Counted from the whole stretch's first letter, positions 1-12,504 are shown. The stretch is DNA of 63,912 nt, filler included, from Octopus bimaculoides (GCF_001194135.2; 7 parts of 6 records of this genome joined end to end with filler, not necessarily neighbours in it); one strand, 5' to 3'. Program-made: numbers and translations. Notes: a model not told the origin generated them from the sequence alone.

Positions 1-866
1 ATATATATATATATATATATACACATGCATGAGAATGGCATGACAGGATGCAAAATTCATTTGATTTAACACTCAACAATTGGTTGTGATTGAGCGGAGT
101 GAGATGTTTATTAAATAAAAGTAATTTCTGTTACAATTACAATGTGGAAGACACGTATTAATCATGCAAAAACCTGGCAAAGACTGTTAACTTCATTTAG
201 ACATTTATTACTTGGTGTCAAAATTTTCGTCGCACCAACTGCGATTCCCTCTGTTTTTGTTACAACGCTACCTCACAGATGAAATCACTTGAATGCAGGG
301 CTGAATTAAAATCTATATAGAGGCTCCTAAACACTTCAGAGATTTTGGTGTTCCCCATATATGTGTAATACAAAATGTAAACGATAATAAACCCTAAAAT
401 AAATTGTTATTTTTCAAATGAAACGAAGCTAATAGTAAGATGAAAAATAATGTTTATTGTTTTTATACTTCCACTTTATTTATTGCAAAGTCCTTGATCC
501 GATCCTGAAAATTAATCTTGCATTATACATCTGCTTCTATACTTAGTAAAGATTAGGCACCTCGAATATCAATTTAGCAAGTTTAAAGTGATTTCTTTTG
601 TGCCATAAACCATTTACCATTTCTGTGATAAACCCCCTTCCCCTAATGCCCTAAGCACGTGTTTATTTTGCTTGATGGTTAATCCAGCGTTGCTTGAATG
701 CCAAGTACACCTTATTTTATCTGATAAGTTTATAATTTCTTTTGGGTCTTTGTTTTAAGTTTGTAATATCGAATTATGTAAAAAAATTAATACTTTTAGA
801 GATTTCACGAAATAAAATCTGAATTCACAATATTTTGAAAAGTAATATTTACTGTCATATCAAATC

Positions 867-1024
867 TGGCTGTTCCAAAGGAACCAAGGTTACTACATTT
901 TTTAACACCAGGAAGAACCTCCTCCAGCTGATTATTGGTGCAATCTGCATCCGATATATATTGCAAACTGGAAGAGGCTATCCCTGGGGTTAAAAACGCT
1001 AGTAAGGTCCTTATTGAACAGCCA
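867..1024. repeat. Imperfect inverted repeat (long hairpin, ~158 nt)
   Basis: 5' arm TGGCTGTTC..TTACTA..TTTTTAACACCAGG..CCTCCTCCAG..TGCAAT pairs with 3' arm ATTGCA..CTGGAAGAGG..CCTGGGGTTAAAAA..TAGTAA..GAACAGCCA. Confidence 0.75.
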
Positions 1025-1255
1025 TATTGCGGTGGTAAACATTACTTCTCAGTATAGTTACCACTTTCATCTCTTATAGATTTTCTAACTATCTACGTTT
1101 GCTTGTCACAATATTTTGCTATTATAAAACCCAGGTTAGTGGAAGATGCATTGGAGCCTAGGTCAGTTGGAATATTAGAAAGCTGTGTCGATGCTTCGGT
1201 TTCTTTTGAGACCGTGTATCTAGGAATATATTATCGAATGTATCTTTCCTTATAT

Positions 1256-1675
1256 TGTAAGAAGCCTGCTTCTCAACTACATGGTTCCAGGTTCACCATG
1301 GGCAAGTGTCTTCTGCTATAGCCCTGAGTTGACCAAAGTTTTGTGAGTGGATTTGGTAGACGGAAAATGAAAGAAGCATGTGTGTGTGTGTGTGTGTGTT
1401 TGTTTGTGTGCGTGTTTGTGTGTGTTTGTTTGTGTGTGTATGTGTGTGTGTGTGTATGTGTGTGTGTGTGTGTGTGTGTATGTTCTACCTACGCTTAATG
1501 TTGTTGTTTCGTTTACGTCTCTCTATAATAGTGGGTCAGCAAAAGGAAACCGATAGAATAGATACGGGAGTTTCTTAAAAAAAAAAAAAGGAAAGCATTG
1601 GGGTCGATCGATTTAGTTCTTCAAGACGATGCTCCAGGAGGGCCACAGTTAAGTGACAGACCCAAATAAACGTTA
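1256..1675 (+). mobile_element. SINE family A (tRNA-derived, internal CA/TA microsatellite), degenerate copy
   Basis: Shares GGGCAAGTGTCTTCT..GTGGATTTGGTAGACGGAAA..GAAAGAAG, the internal (TG)n and the GCAAAAGGAAACCGATAGAATA block with the copies at 3617, 26954 and 42421. Confidence 0.75.
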
Positions 1676-1878
1676 GATGATAAAAAAAAACCCATAAAGA
1701 TATTCAAGTTGACTGTAAAATATTACACACCTCTGATCAAAGACATTCGATGTTTGACCATAAATATATACTCAACCACAGTGGTGCTCCAGTATCACCG
1801 CAGCTGCATGGCTGAGACGAGTAAAAGAGTAAAAGAGTAACTGTATCCGGTGCTCCAATATTTGTCCAATACTTGAGA

Positions 1879-2097
1879 GGCAGTGAGCCGGCAGAATCGT
1901 TAGCACGCTGAGCAAAAACACTTAGCGGCATTTTATCTCTCTATACATTTTGAACTCAAATTCCACCGAGGTCGGTTTGGCCTTTCATTCCTTCGGGGTT
2001 GATAAAATAAATGTCATCTGAGAACGGGGATTGATGTAATCGACCGCATGCCTTACCCGAAATTGCTGGCCTAGTGCCAAAATATAAAAACCAATAT
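1879..2097 (+). mobile_element. SINE family B (tRNA-derived, GGCAGAATCGTTAG head)
   Basis: A-box-like GGCAGAATCG, B-box-like AACTCAAATTCC, body GAGGTCG..GCCTTTCATTCCTTCGGGGTTGATAAAATAA shared with about ten other copies. Confidence 0.8.
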
Positions 2098-2528
2098 GTC
2101 ATTTACGTATGAGCGTAGTGCGTGATTTGAGGGGTTTAGTCGTGGGCCCATATATTTTTTTTTTTTTAGATAATTTCAGCACGTGTCTTTGCATTAAAGA
2201 ACTCACAAAATTTTGATATATATATAATGCATGTGTGTTATATGGAGTTGTATTAACGAGTGTGTCCCTGTGTATATGTAAGTATAATATAGTATATAGT
2301 ATATATATATATATATATATATATATTGGTAAGGGTTCGGTCTCTTGCGTGCAATATCTCGGATGCAGCTGTGTATCTTTAACCAGCTTGAAGAGATGTC
2401 CTCTTGGGTTAAAACATCACAGTAAAGTCAGTTCGAACGGACGGCCATATTGAAGTGGCTACGATCATTGTTATTTGTTAGTACAACTACTGTGTTGATC
2501 TCTTAGAGAGATTTTAGAACTAGCATGC

Positions 2529-2586
<58 letters not shown>

Positions 2587-3098
2587 GCGCATGTAATTGA
2601 ATATATCAATAGGTGGCTGGAAGCATTCACAAACATGCGTACACAGAAACACACAGACACATACACATCTGCAAATACAGGATAAAGAAACTATGAAATT
2701 TTGTCACCCCCTTTATAAGCAGCTATTGCCCCTCCTCACAAATACAATCGCCCCATTTCAGAACTACCCACCCCTATTTAATATATATATAAATATCCGT
2801 CGTCCTAGTCATGCATTGCACGTATCCCCTTCAATCCTCTCTTCCCATCTCAACAGAATTTCCCTGATATTTGACACCTGTTTATTGTTGTCTTACCTGT
2901 AAAGTCTTCGTTCCACTCCAGTCAACAGGAGAGCCTACGCGGTTTATTGTTGCATCTCCTAGAAACAGCAGCTAAACATCTTTCCAAACGTGTCTTTTAG
3001 TTTATAGAAGTTTATATATATGTACACATATATCTTCTACAGCATATGCATATATTATTGCTCTTTAAATTATGTGAATGTACTTGCAGAATATATTT

Positions 3099-3141
<43 letters not shown>

Positions 3142-3616
3142 CATATATAAGTAAGTATTTGTATATATACATGTGTGTGTGTGTGTGTGTANNNNNNNNN
3201 NNNNNNNNNNNNNNNNNNNNNNNNNNNNNNNNNNNNNNNNNNNNNNNNNNNNNNNNNNNNNNNNNNNNNNNNNNNNNNNNNNNNNNNNNNNNNNNNNNNN
3301 NNNNNNNNNNNNNNNNNNNNNNNNNNNNNNNNNNNNNNNNNNNNNNNNNNNNNNNNNNNNNNNNNNNNNNNNNNNNNNNNNNNNNNNNNNNNNNNNNNNN
3401 NNNNNNNNNNNNNNNNNNNNNNNNNNNNNNNNNNNNNNNNNNNNNNNNNNNNNNNNNNNNNNNNNNNNNNNNNNNNNNNNNNNNNNNNNNNNNNNNNNNN
3501 NNNNNNNNNNNNNNNNNNNNNNNNNNNNNNNNNNNNNNNNNNNNNNNNNNNNNNNNNNNNNNNNNNNNNNNNNNNNNNNNNNNNNNNNNNNNNNNNNNNN
3601 NNNNNNNNNNNNNNNN

Positions 3617-3724
3617 AGTCCTACTGCGTGGCAGGCAAGTGTCTTCTACTATAGCCTCGGGCCGACCAAAGCCTTGTGAGTGTATTTGGTAGACGGAAAC
3701 TGAAAGAAGCCCGTCGTATATATG

Positions 3725-3755
<31 letters not shown>

Positions 3756-3958
3756 CTGTGTTTGTCCCCCTAGCATTGCTTGACAACCGATGCTGGTGTG
3801 TTTATGTCCCCGTAACTTAGCGGTTCGGCAAAAGAAACCGATAGAATAAGTACTAGGCTTACAAAGAATAAGTCCCGGGGTCGATTTGCTCTACTAAAGG
3901 TGGTGCTCCAGCATGGCCGCAGTCAAATGACTGAAACAAGTAAAAGAGTAAAAGAGTA
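3617..3958 (+). mobile_element. SINE family A, 5' end lost in gap
   Basis: Near-consensus body, internal (TA)n(TG)n, tail GACTGAAACAAGTAAAAGAGTAAAAGAGTA. Confidence 0.9.
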
Positions 3959-3994
3959 TATATATATATAACATTTTTACATATGTATCATATA

Positions 3995-4285
3995 CGTGGT
4001 TTGATCAATAAGTATCCGCACTGTTGCCATAGTAACGAAGCTAAAGCACGCAGAGTGAAGCTGCTTGGCACAGACTGACCTTAAACTGTGCTTCGCATGT
4101 GCTCGAAGCTTTAACGCTCTAACTCACTTCCGCTGTTTATAGCAGTGCTTGGAAGAAATGTGTGTAGCATGTAATCGTTGCATTAACCATAACAGAGAAA
4201 GTTGAGCAGAGAATCTGCATCAAATTTTGCCAAAAGCTTGACGATACATGCTAAGAGGTCTATGCAAAATTTAAAAAAAGTTTAC
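3995..4285 (+). mobile_element. mariner transposon 5' fragment (TIR, 5' UTR, start of transposase)
   Basis: Starts TA|CGTGGTTTGATCAATAAGTATC like the copy at 18123; translates as TEKVEQRICIKFCQKL.DTC..YAKFKKV, a mariner N-terminus. Confidence 0.8.
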
Positions 4286-4790
4286 ATCGTTTTCGACTCA
4301 ATCAAGGAGATCTTGTGCCACTGAAACCCGAGTGTCTTTTTAGTCAGCTTAAAGCAGTTTTGGCACAAACTTGGCAGACACGCGTCTCCTAACCAAATCT
4401 TCAGCGATAATAGACTGAACTGAACTGAAACTAATCTGCACATCCTCTGATAACTCACGGATGGTGATTCGACAATTTCCCCTCACAGTTGCCCGCACAT
4501 CTGGTATATTTTTCTTAGTTCTGCTGGTTGCGAGTCTCCCAGAACGTTTGTCAATATCGACACTTTTTCGGCCATCTTGGAAACTCGTACACTTGTGTGT
4601 GGCTCATACACTCCTCTCCATATACTTTCTGCAACATTGCGTAGGTCTCTCAGCAAGTATCGCCATGACAATTTTCTCTGTCATGGTCAATGTGACGATC
4701 ACATGATATGACTTTCTTCTGCACACGAAACTTAAAACAATGAATTTCTGAACAAACTGCAAAATCGTTTCACACTCAACACAATGTTTT
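4278..4790 (-). mobile_element. mariner transposase fragment (N-terminal half), decayed
   Basis: Minus strand reads ETYAMLQKVYGEECMSHTQVYE..DGRKSVDIDKRSGR..RITIRELSEDVQIS..RRVSAKFVPKLL..ENDVNF with stops and deletions. Confidence 0.85.
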
Positions 4791-5080
4791 AATGATACTA
4801 TTCTTCTATTTGTTCCCTCATTCCCGTATGTTTTTTTTTGTTTGTTTGTGTTTGTGTATGTGTGTGTGTATGTGCATGTGTGTGTGTACGTGCGCGAATG
4901 TGTGCGTACATATTTTTAGATACGTATACATACACATACGTATAAGTATCTATATAAGGATGTGTGCGTCTACATAAACACATGCATTCACACACAGACA
5001 CACACACATATGCACGCACATACACACACAATCCAAAAGATGCACTGGAAGGTGCGACACGTTACCGAAGGGCGCGTAAA

Positions 5081-5160
<80 letters not shown>
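5081..5160. repeat. Compound trinucleotide microsatellite (ATT)n(AGT)n
   Basis: Directly visible. Confidence 0.95.
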
Positions 5161-5161
<1 letters not shown>

Positions 5162-5181
5162 TGTTGAAGCTGTAGTATTAA

Positions 5182-5400
5182 GGTGGTGATTTCTGCAGAA
5201 TCGTTAGAGCGCCGAACAAAATGCTGCTAAGCATTTTGTCCCACTTTACCTTCTGCGTTCAAATTCTGCCGAAGTCTACTTCGCCTTTCATCCCTTCAGG
5301 ATGGATTAAATGAGTACCAGTTGAACAGTGGGTCGATGTAATCAACTAGATCCCTTCCCAAAATTTAAGGCCTTGTGCCTATAGTAGGAAGGAGTATTAT
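5182..5400 (+). mobile_element. SINE family B
   Basis: GCAGAATCGTTAG head, GTTCAAATTC B-box-like motif, GCCTTTCATCCCTTC body, GGCCTTGTGCCTATAGTAG 3' end. Confidence 0.85.
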
Positions 5401-6826
5401 TACAATTACTGTTCTCGTACACATTGGGCGAAACATGGCCGTGCAGGCCTTCCTTTCTCCACGCATCACACTTTTCTCTCACACACCCTTATATTCACGA
5501 TATGTTTCTTATTCTCCTTCGATAGTTTAAATATTCTTATTTTCATTCTGGTAAATATATGTGCCTGCTTCTTTCTTTTTGTTGACCTTTTGTCAAGAAT
5601 ACTGACGAAGTGTCTCGGTTGAATTTGTCACGTACCTGAGCATAAAAACCACACGCAACAAGATGTTTTGCCGGTCTTCTGAAACACGTGTGGGTTATAT
5701 AATGCATAAATGCTGATTACTTTTTCTTTATTCTTCACCCCCCCCCCCCCACATTCAAATATGTATCGGGCATTAGTCTTCGGGTACGTCATGCTTTTGG
5801 CTACGATTTTACGGTTGGATGCCTCTCCTATAATCAAGGACTATATCGTGTGTCGTGTGTACTTGATATATTTTATCGAGGCACCGGCACCAACATTGGA
5901 GAGATTGTAATGTTGTGGACAAGACGAGGATTTAATGTAATACCTTTCTTGACACTATCCAGTACTTACCCATTCGTCAATCACTTCATTGAGCATATGT
6001 TTATGCATGCATTCATTCTCACATTCATAAAATAATATATAATTTGTATGCTTAAATTCAATAGGGGAACCAACAAAATGTTTTAAATAAAAATATCTCG
6101 TATTATAAAGAAGTATGTGATACATGCATTATCAAGTGTAGCCATAAACAAACACACACACACACACACACACAAGTACCCAAATACGCGCGAGCGCACA
6201 CAGATACGCATACATACACATACACACATGCCTTGTCATGTTTGATAACACGTAGCAGATATCTAGTAATGTGTACTGCTCAGCTATGCCTCAAATTAAC
6301 TAAAAAGTCTTAAGATATAAACATCATAATTAAAGGCATTGCATTTAGTCTGCCTGTGCGTGCATGCGTGCGTGTGCGTATACATGATATTTTGAATTTG
6401 TTTGTGTGTTTGTCTATGTGTGTGTGTGGTGTGTGTGTATGTGCGTGCGTATGCGCGCGCGCGGTTTTGACAGTCGTATTGGGTTGTTACTTAACCTACT
6501 TCCGGTTCCTTCCGCCTCGCAATATATACAAAATTGGCTTGTGTTTTAAATAAGTAGGATAGTTCTAATAGAAATAAGAAATCTATGTACCGGTCACACA
6601 CATACACGCGTACACATACGCACACACATATTCATGTACAGTCACACACACACACATACAGTTCTCTGTTCATGTACAGTCATACACACAAACACACACA
6701 CACACACATAGACGATTTGTAGACACACGCAGACGACATCTGTGCTATGTATGTAGATACATATATAAATGTATATGGCATTAATAACATGTATTACATT
6801 CTATCCATTACATATATACACACGTA

Positions 6827-6859
<33 letters not shown>

Positions 6860-6957
6860 TCGCACACATATAGCGTAAGTTTGAAAGTAAATACCCCTTT
6901 ATGTGCGAGTGTTTGTGTTGGAGTATGTGTATATACATGTGTCTATGCGTGTGTGAC

Positions 6958-7004
<47 letters not shown>

Positions 7005-7367
7005 NNNNNNNNNNNNNNNNNNNNNNNNNNNNNNNNNNNNNNNNNNNNNNNNNNNNNNNNNNNNNNNNNNNNNNNNNNNNNNNNNNNNNNNNNNNNNNNN
7101 NNNNNNNNNNNNNNNNNNNNNNNNNNNNNNNNNNNNNNNNNNNNNNNNNNNNNNNNNNNNNNNNNNNNNNNNNNNNNNNNNNNNNNNNNNNNNNNNNNNN
7201 NNNNNNNNNNNNNNNNNNNNNNNNNNNNNNNNNNNNNNNNNNNNNNNNNNNNNNNNNNNNNNNNNNNNNNNNNNNNNNNTATATATATATATATATATAT
7301 ATATGCTTTCACAGTTACAAATGCATATAAGCGATGCATGCATATATATATATATATATATATAAAT

Positions 7368-7421
<54 letters not shown>

Positions 7422-7644
7422 GTATGGGTGTGTGTGTGGTGTGTCCCCATAAATATGTACAATTATATATCCATACAAATCTCTGGAGAGGGAGAGAAAT
7501 ACAGAAGGAAGAAGAGAGAATGGTACACATACACACATACATACACATATATATGCATGCATACATATCACGTATAGGGAGAATTTGACAATTTTAATGT
7601 CTTTCTCTGTGTGTGTGTATGAATGTGTGTGTGAGTGTATATAT

Positions 7645-7689
<45 letters not shown>

Positions 7690-7920
7690 GAGAGTGGGAA
7701 AGAGAGTGGGAGAGAGAGAGATAGACATAAAATCTCATACACATTCAGACACACATGTTTTATGCATTTATATGTATGCCCGTATAATATGTGTATATCG
7801 GTATGTATACGTATAATTATTCGATAAAAGATAGAGGTGAAGAGAACGATGCGAAGAGAGAAAAGGCTATGTACTTTGTGTATTTGACTGTGTGTGCTTG
7901 TGCGGCAGTGTAAGACATCG

Positions 7921-7951
<31 letters not shown>

Positions 7952-8423
7952 CGACATTATATATAATACAGATTATTGAATCACACACAACGTATATATA
8001 TATATATTATAAATCAATCTAATTACATTTCATCTCTATCCTGAATTCATATTACCCGATGTAAATATTACAGGTGTAGCTGATACAGAGATCTGGCTGT
8101 GTCCCAATCGAACACGATCCATATTGTCCGTATTCATAACATCATTACTATAACTGTCCCTTTTTTTTTTGGAAGCAATGAGCCCTGAACTATATGTTCT
8201 TGTTTTAGGACGATATGATGAAAGCTTCAGGGTTACTCACATTGTCTGTCTGTCTGTCTGGCTGTCTGTCTATCTGTTTGTGTCTAACTGTCTGTTTATC
8301 AATCCACACACACACTCATATATAGATATATTATACATCTGGAAATATATACGTGCATACATAAATACATGCATAAATACATACATATATATAACATATC
8401 TATCTATCTATCTATCTATCTAA

Positions 8424-8491
<68 letters not shown>

Positions 8492-8568
8492 GTATGTATC
8501 TATCTATCTATCTCTCTGTCTGTCTNNNNNNNNNNATCTATCTATGTATGTATCTATCTATCTATCTC

Positions 8569-8614
<46 letters not shown>

Positions 8615-8845
8615 AGTTAGTCAGTCTGTCTGTCTGCCTGTCTGTCTGTGTATGTATGTATGTATGCATGTATGCATGTATGTATGTATGTATGTATGTA
8701 TCTATCTATCCAGCTAATATATTTATATATACATAAATACATACATATATATACACACATATATATACATGCATATATATGCATATATATATGCATATAT
8801 ATATGCACATATCTATAATTATTAATGCAACCATAATAGCAATTG

Positions 8846-8883
<38 letters not shown>

Positions 8884-8930
8884 TTCACACACATACATTT
8901 TTGCATGCAATAAATATTATATATATATTG

Positions 8931-8974
<44 letters not shown>

Positions 8975-9094
8975 GTCATATAAAACTAAAACTACAAACA
9001 TACAAGCGTAAACACATACTATACATATATACATACGCGCACACACACACAAGCACATACATGCACACGCACACTTACATGCATACATACATAT

Positions 9095-9300
9095 ATACAT
9101 GTGTATGCGCACACACACTGACCCAGACACATGCGCACAAACAAACAAAAAGAACACAACTCGATTAACGTACAGACGCAACGAAAATTTTTGAAAAACA
9201 TATATGTAAATGAGTGAGAATTTTACCGGTGAGTGTTTTAAATAATAATAAGGCACTAAAAGAGAATGACTCTCCCCAGACTCAACAATATAACTATAAT
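9095..9300 (+). repeat. Unclassified dispersed repeat (second copy at 13660-13880)
   Basis: Shared CACACACTG..CACATGCGCACAAACAA..CAACGAAAATTTT..AAATGAGT..ATAAGGCAC.AAAAGAGAAT.ACTCTCCCC. Confidence 0.7.
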
Positions 9301-9545
9301 TATATATATATATAAATATATATGTGACATATTTAGCTGTATGGTTAAATAAGCAAGGCATGTAATACCTCTCACATAAAATAACAAGCTATTATCTTAG
9401 AATTATATAACATAAACCAGTACAATTCAGAAAGTTTTGAAGTTAACGAACCAAGTCACCCTAAGAAATCCAGCATCAAATACCAAACTTAAGGAGGTAT
9501 AACAAAGCTAAGACATACTGCACACACCTATTATTATTCTTATCA

Positions 9546-9680
9546 TCATCCCTTCGGGGTTGATTAAATAAGTGCCATTTACGCACTGGGGTCGATGTAA
9601 TCGACTTAGTCCCTTTGTCTGTCCTTGATTGTCCCCTCTGCGTTTAGCTCCCCCTATGGGCAATAAAGAATTAAATTATT
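9546..9680 (+). mobile_element. SINE family B variant, 3' fragment
   Basis: CATCCCTTCGGGGTTGATTAAATAAG..CACTGGGGTCGATGTAATCGAC then the CCCTTTGTCTGTCCTTG tail also seen at 44126 and 12273. Confidence 0.75.
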
Positions 9681-9693
9681 AATATTATTATTA

Positions 9694-9746
<53 letters not shown>

Positions 9747-9969
9747 GTTGTTGTTTTATGTTTGACTTTTGCTTTGCATTTGTACAAGTTGGATCCAAGT
9801 CTCACCCAGAGACCTCAAGAGACAACAAGTTAGAAGTTCATGTAGGTGTTATGCCTAGGGTACCATATATTTCGATTTGTACATAGTGTTGTTCTAGAGA
9901 ATGTTTAAGAAACCATAAGAAAATTATGTGTTTGTTTTAAAATTTGAGATCACATAGACAGTATTTTAC
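9680..9969 (-). mobile_element. 3' end of R4/Dong-like LINE with (TAA)n tail
   Basis: Minus strand starts at the spacer with KILSM*, resembling the ..RKVLS* C-terminus of the RLE LINEs at 34.8-35.5 kb; ~210-nt 3' UTR then (CAA)n(TAA)n. Confidence 0.5.
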
Positions 9970-10069
9970 NNNNNNNNNNNNNNNNNNNNNNNNNNNNNNN
10001 NNNNNNNNNNNNNTTAATTAATTAANNNNNNNNNNNNNNNNNNNNNNNNNNNNNNNNNNNNNNNNNNNN
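9970..10069. other. Artificial assembly spacer N44-TTAATTAATTAA-N44
   Basis: Exactly 44 N + 12 nt (10014-10025) + 44 N; identical at six sites. Confidence 0.95.
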
Positions 10070-10082
10070 TGTATATATATAT

Positions 10083-10084
<2 letters not shown>

Positions 10085-10136
<52 letters not shown>
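10085..10136. repeat. (AGAT)n microsatellite
   Basis: Directly visible; similar arrays at about 8400-8510, 21102-21175 and 54474-54545. Confidence 0.95.
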
Positions 10137-10138
<2 letters not shown>

Positions 10139-11117
10139 CCCGCCCCGTTAAACATATATATATAGATAGAGAGAATAATTTTTCGACTTACAGCTGTAGT
10201 TCCCAAATCTACAATTTTATATAAGAAATACAAACGTCATTATCTAGCTTAAACATATCCCAGTATTATGGCTTTATTCACAGATCTCTTCTTGAACAGG
10301 TTCAGCTGTTACTCATGCCAAAATGTTCTGGACATATACTCTGGCATAGCTTCGACAGTTAATCCAGATTTTACGGCCTCACTGCATTTCGCAGAACCGC
10401 AGATATTTGCTCCTTTCGTCGCAAGTATATTTTCTAAATTTAATTTTCCATTATCTAGCTAATTCCATTTATCCGTAAGTCCGGAATATATTGGCAGATT
10501 TCCTGCCTGGTCAAAGTGGAGTTCAGAAATTCACTTATGTTGTTAGAGTTTAGAGTTTGCTATGACGAATAGCAAAAATGAGTCAATGCGTTTAGTGTGT
10601 GCGAGAATTTATCAGAAAATGTTCAAATATAATTTATATATTCACATATACGTCATTTGCATTGGACGTCACTTTTACAATTTGTTATCTCTATTCAATA
10701 AGACTTAAGGAAAATCTAATATAATTTTTTAAAGTCTTAAATATGAAGCCAAAGGGGATTTTCTCCAATTTAATATTAATAGATTTGCGAAGAACATAAA
10801 TGTAAACCTTGGAACGCCCACATGTCATTGGTCAACTTATTACAGTATTCTTTTGCTGTAAGACGGGTCAAAGGTTCAAATTCTACTAAGAACCAATATA
10901 CTCCACTTCTTGCTCACACCAACAAAATATTCCTAGAATAAGTTGCTTTTTATGCTTTTCTCGTTACTGGAATCGTCTTAGCATATCTTATATTGTTCCA
11001 AGAATAGATACAAGTCGGACTACATTCTCCATTGTGTCCTTCGTTTATAAAGATAGAAGTCAACGATTTTAGGAGAATTTTTCTGGCGTTTCTAGCATGT
11101 GTAGTGATGTTGTACAT

Positions 11118-11447
11118 GGTACTCCGTCGGTCATGACGCCGAGGGTTCCAGTTGATCCGATCAACGGAACAGCCTGCTCGTGAAATTAACGTGCAAGTGG
11201 TTGAGCACTCCACAGACACGTGTACTCTTAATGCAGTTCCCAGGGAGGTTCAGCATGGTACAGAGTGTGACATGGCCCTTTCAAATACAGGTACAACAGA
11301 AACAGGAAGAAAGAGTGAGAGAAAGCTGTGGTGAAAGTTTTTAGGTGTTTTTGCTCAATAAACACTCACAACGCCCGGTCTGGGAATCGAAACCGCGATC
11401 CTACGACTGCAAGTCGGCTGCCCTAACCACTGGGCCATGGCGCCTCC
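11118..11447 (-). mobile_element. SINE family C (tRNA-derived, GGAGGCGCAATGGCCCAGTGG head), internal deletion
   Basis: Reverse complement matches the copies at 16241 and 53733; A-box TGGCCCAGTGG and B-box-like GGTTTCGATTCC. Confidence 0.9.
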
Positions 11448-11484
11448 ACACGTGATGTTATAAGCCATCCATGTAGGCAACAAT

Positions 11485-11615
11485 GCCGTAGTTGTTGTCA
11501 TTGTTGTTGTTTTTGTTGTTGCTGCTACTGCTGCTGCTGATGATGATGACGATGACGATGATAATGATGATACTGATGACGATGATGATGATGTTGATTG
11601 ATGCTGATGATGATG
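11485..11615. repeat. Compound (GTT)/(GCT)/(GAT)/(GAC) trinucleotide repeat
   Basis: Directly visible. Confidence 0.85.
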
Positions 11616-12093
11616 TCCAACGTGTTAACAGCTCTGCCAGCACGTTGCCTTTCGATTCATTAATATTGCTCCCATTATAAATGAATGATGCAGCGTGAAC
11701 ATGCTCCAGTCTTAAAACTCCTTAATGATACCTAGAATTCATCGAGTATTCTGCAGCTGTGAGAAAAGCATCATTAAGCAAATGTACGATATCGTACACA
11801 TATAGGCATCAAAAATTATATATTAATAAACTAGGTTGATTAATCAGTAAGGTGATAACAACAAAATAATATAAATTGGACAATAGTTTTTTCAGAGACC
11901 CCGAACCCACAGACAGACTAACAACATTTCATCTCAGTTTCGCTAGTAATACCGTTTTAAAGTTAGCAATGATGTCGCAATATTATATTTCCTTTCCACA
12001 AACAACATAGTAGTCTTAAGCCTAAGCTGAATGAATGATTCACACGGAAAATGACGACATGTAATATGCTGTGACGCGGATAACACGGTGACA

Positions 12094-12504
12094 TATTCTT
12101 TTCTACTCTAGGCACCAGGCCTTTGGGGGAAGGGGGCAGTCAATTAGATCGAACCCAGTATACAACTGGTACTTAATTTATCGACCCCGAAAGAATAAAA
12201 GGCAACGTCGACTTCGGCGGAATTTCAACTGAGAACGTACGCTAAGCATTTCGTCCGGTGTGCTAACGTTTCTTATTTCTTTATTGCCCACAAGGGGCTA
12301 ACTATAGAGGGGGAAACAAGGACAGACAAATGGATTAAGTCGATTAGATCGACCCCAGTACGCAACTGGTACTTAATTTATCGACCCCGAAAGGATGAGA
12401 GGCAAAAGTTGACCTCGGCGGAATTTGAACTCAGAACGTAAAGACAGACGAAATACTGCTAAGCATTTCGTCCGGCGTGCTAACGTTTCTGCCAGCTCGT
12501 CGCC
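12094..12504 (-). mobile_element. Two head-to-tail SINE family B copies (12094-12273 truncated; 12273-12504 full)
   Basis: ACTGGTACTTAATTTATCGACCCCGAAAG..CGGCGGAATTT..GCTAAGCATTTCGTCCGG..GCTAACGTTTCT occurs twice; the two copies have different 3' tails. Confidence 0.9.

Noticed and set aside
5604-5700. CTGACGA ... GAAACACGTGTG, a possible second hammerhead
   Set aside because: About 80 nt between the core halves with only 2 bp of stem II, G at the cleavage position (GTG is not NUH) and no stem I pairing.
8481-8580. Apparent ~45-bp direct repeat flanking a 10-N gap (similar case at 21421-21490)
   Set aside because: Most likely overlapping contig ends left unmerged by the assembler.
10014-10025. 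TTAATTAATTAA as a biological motif (PacI/homeodomain site, TTAA TSD or CRISPR-like repeat)
   Set aside because: Always centred in exactly 44+44 Ns; an artificial linker.
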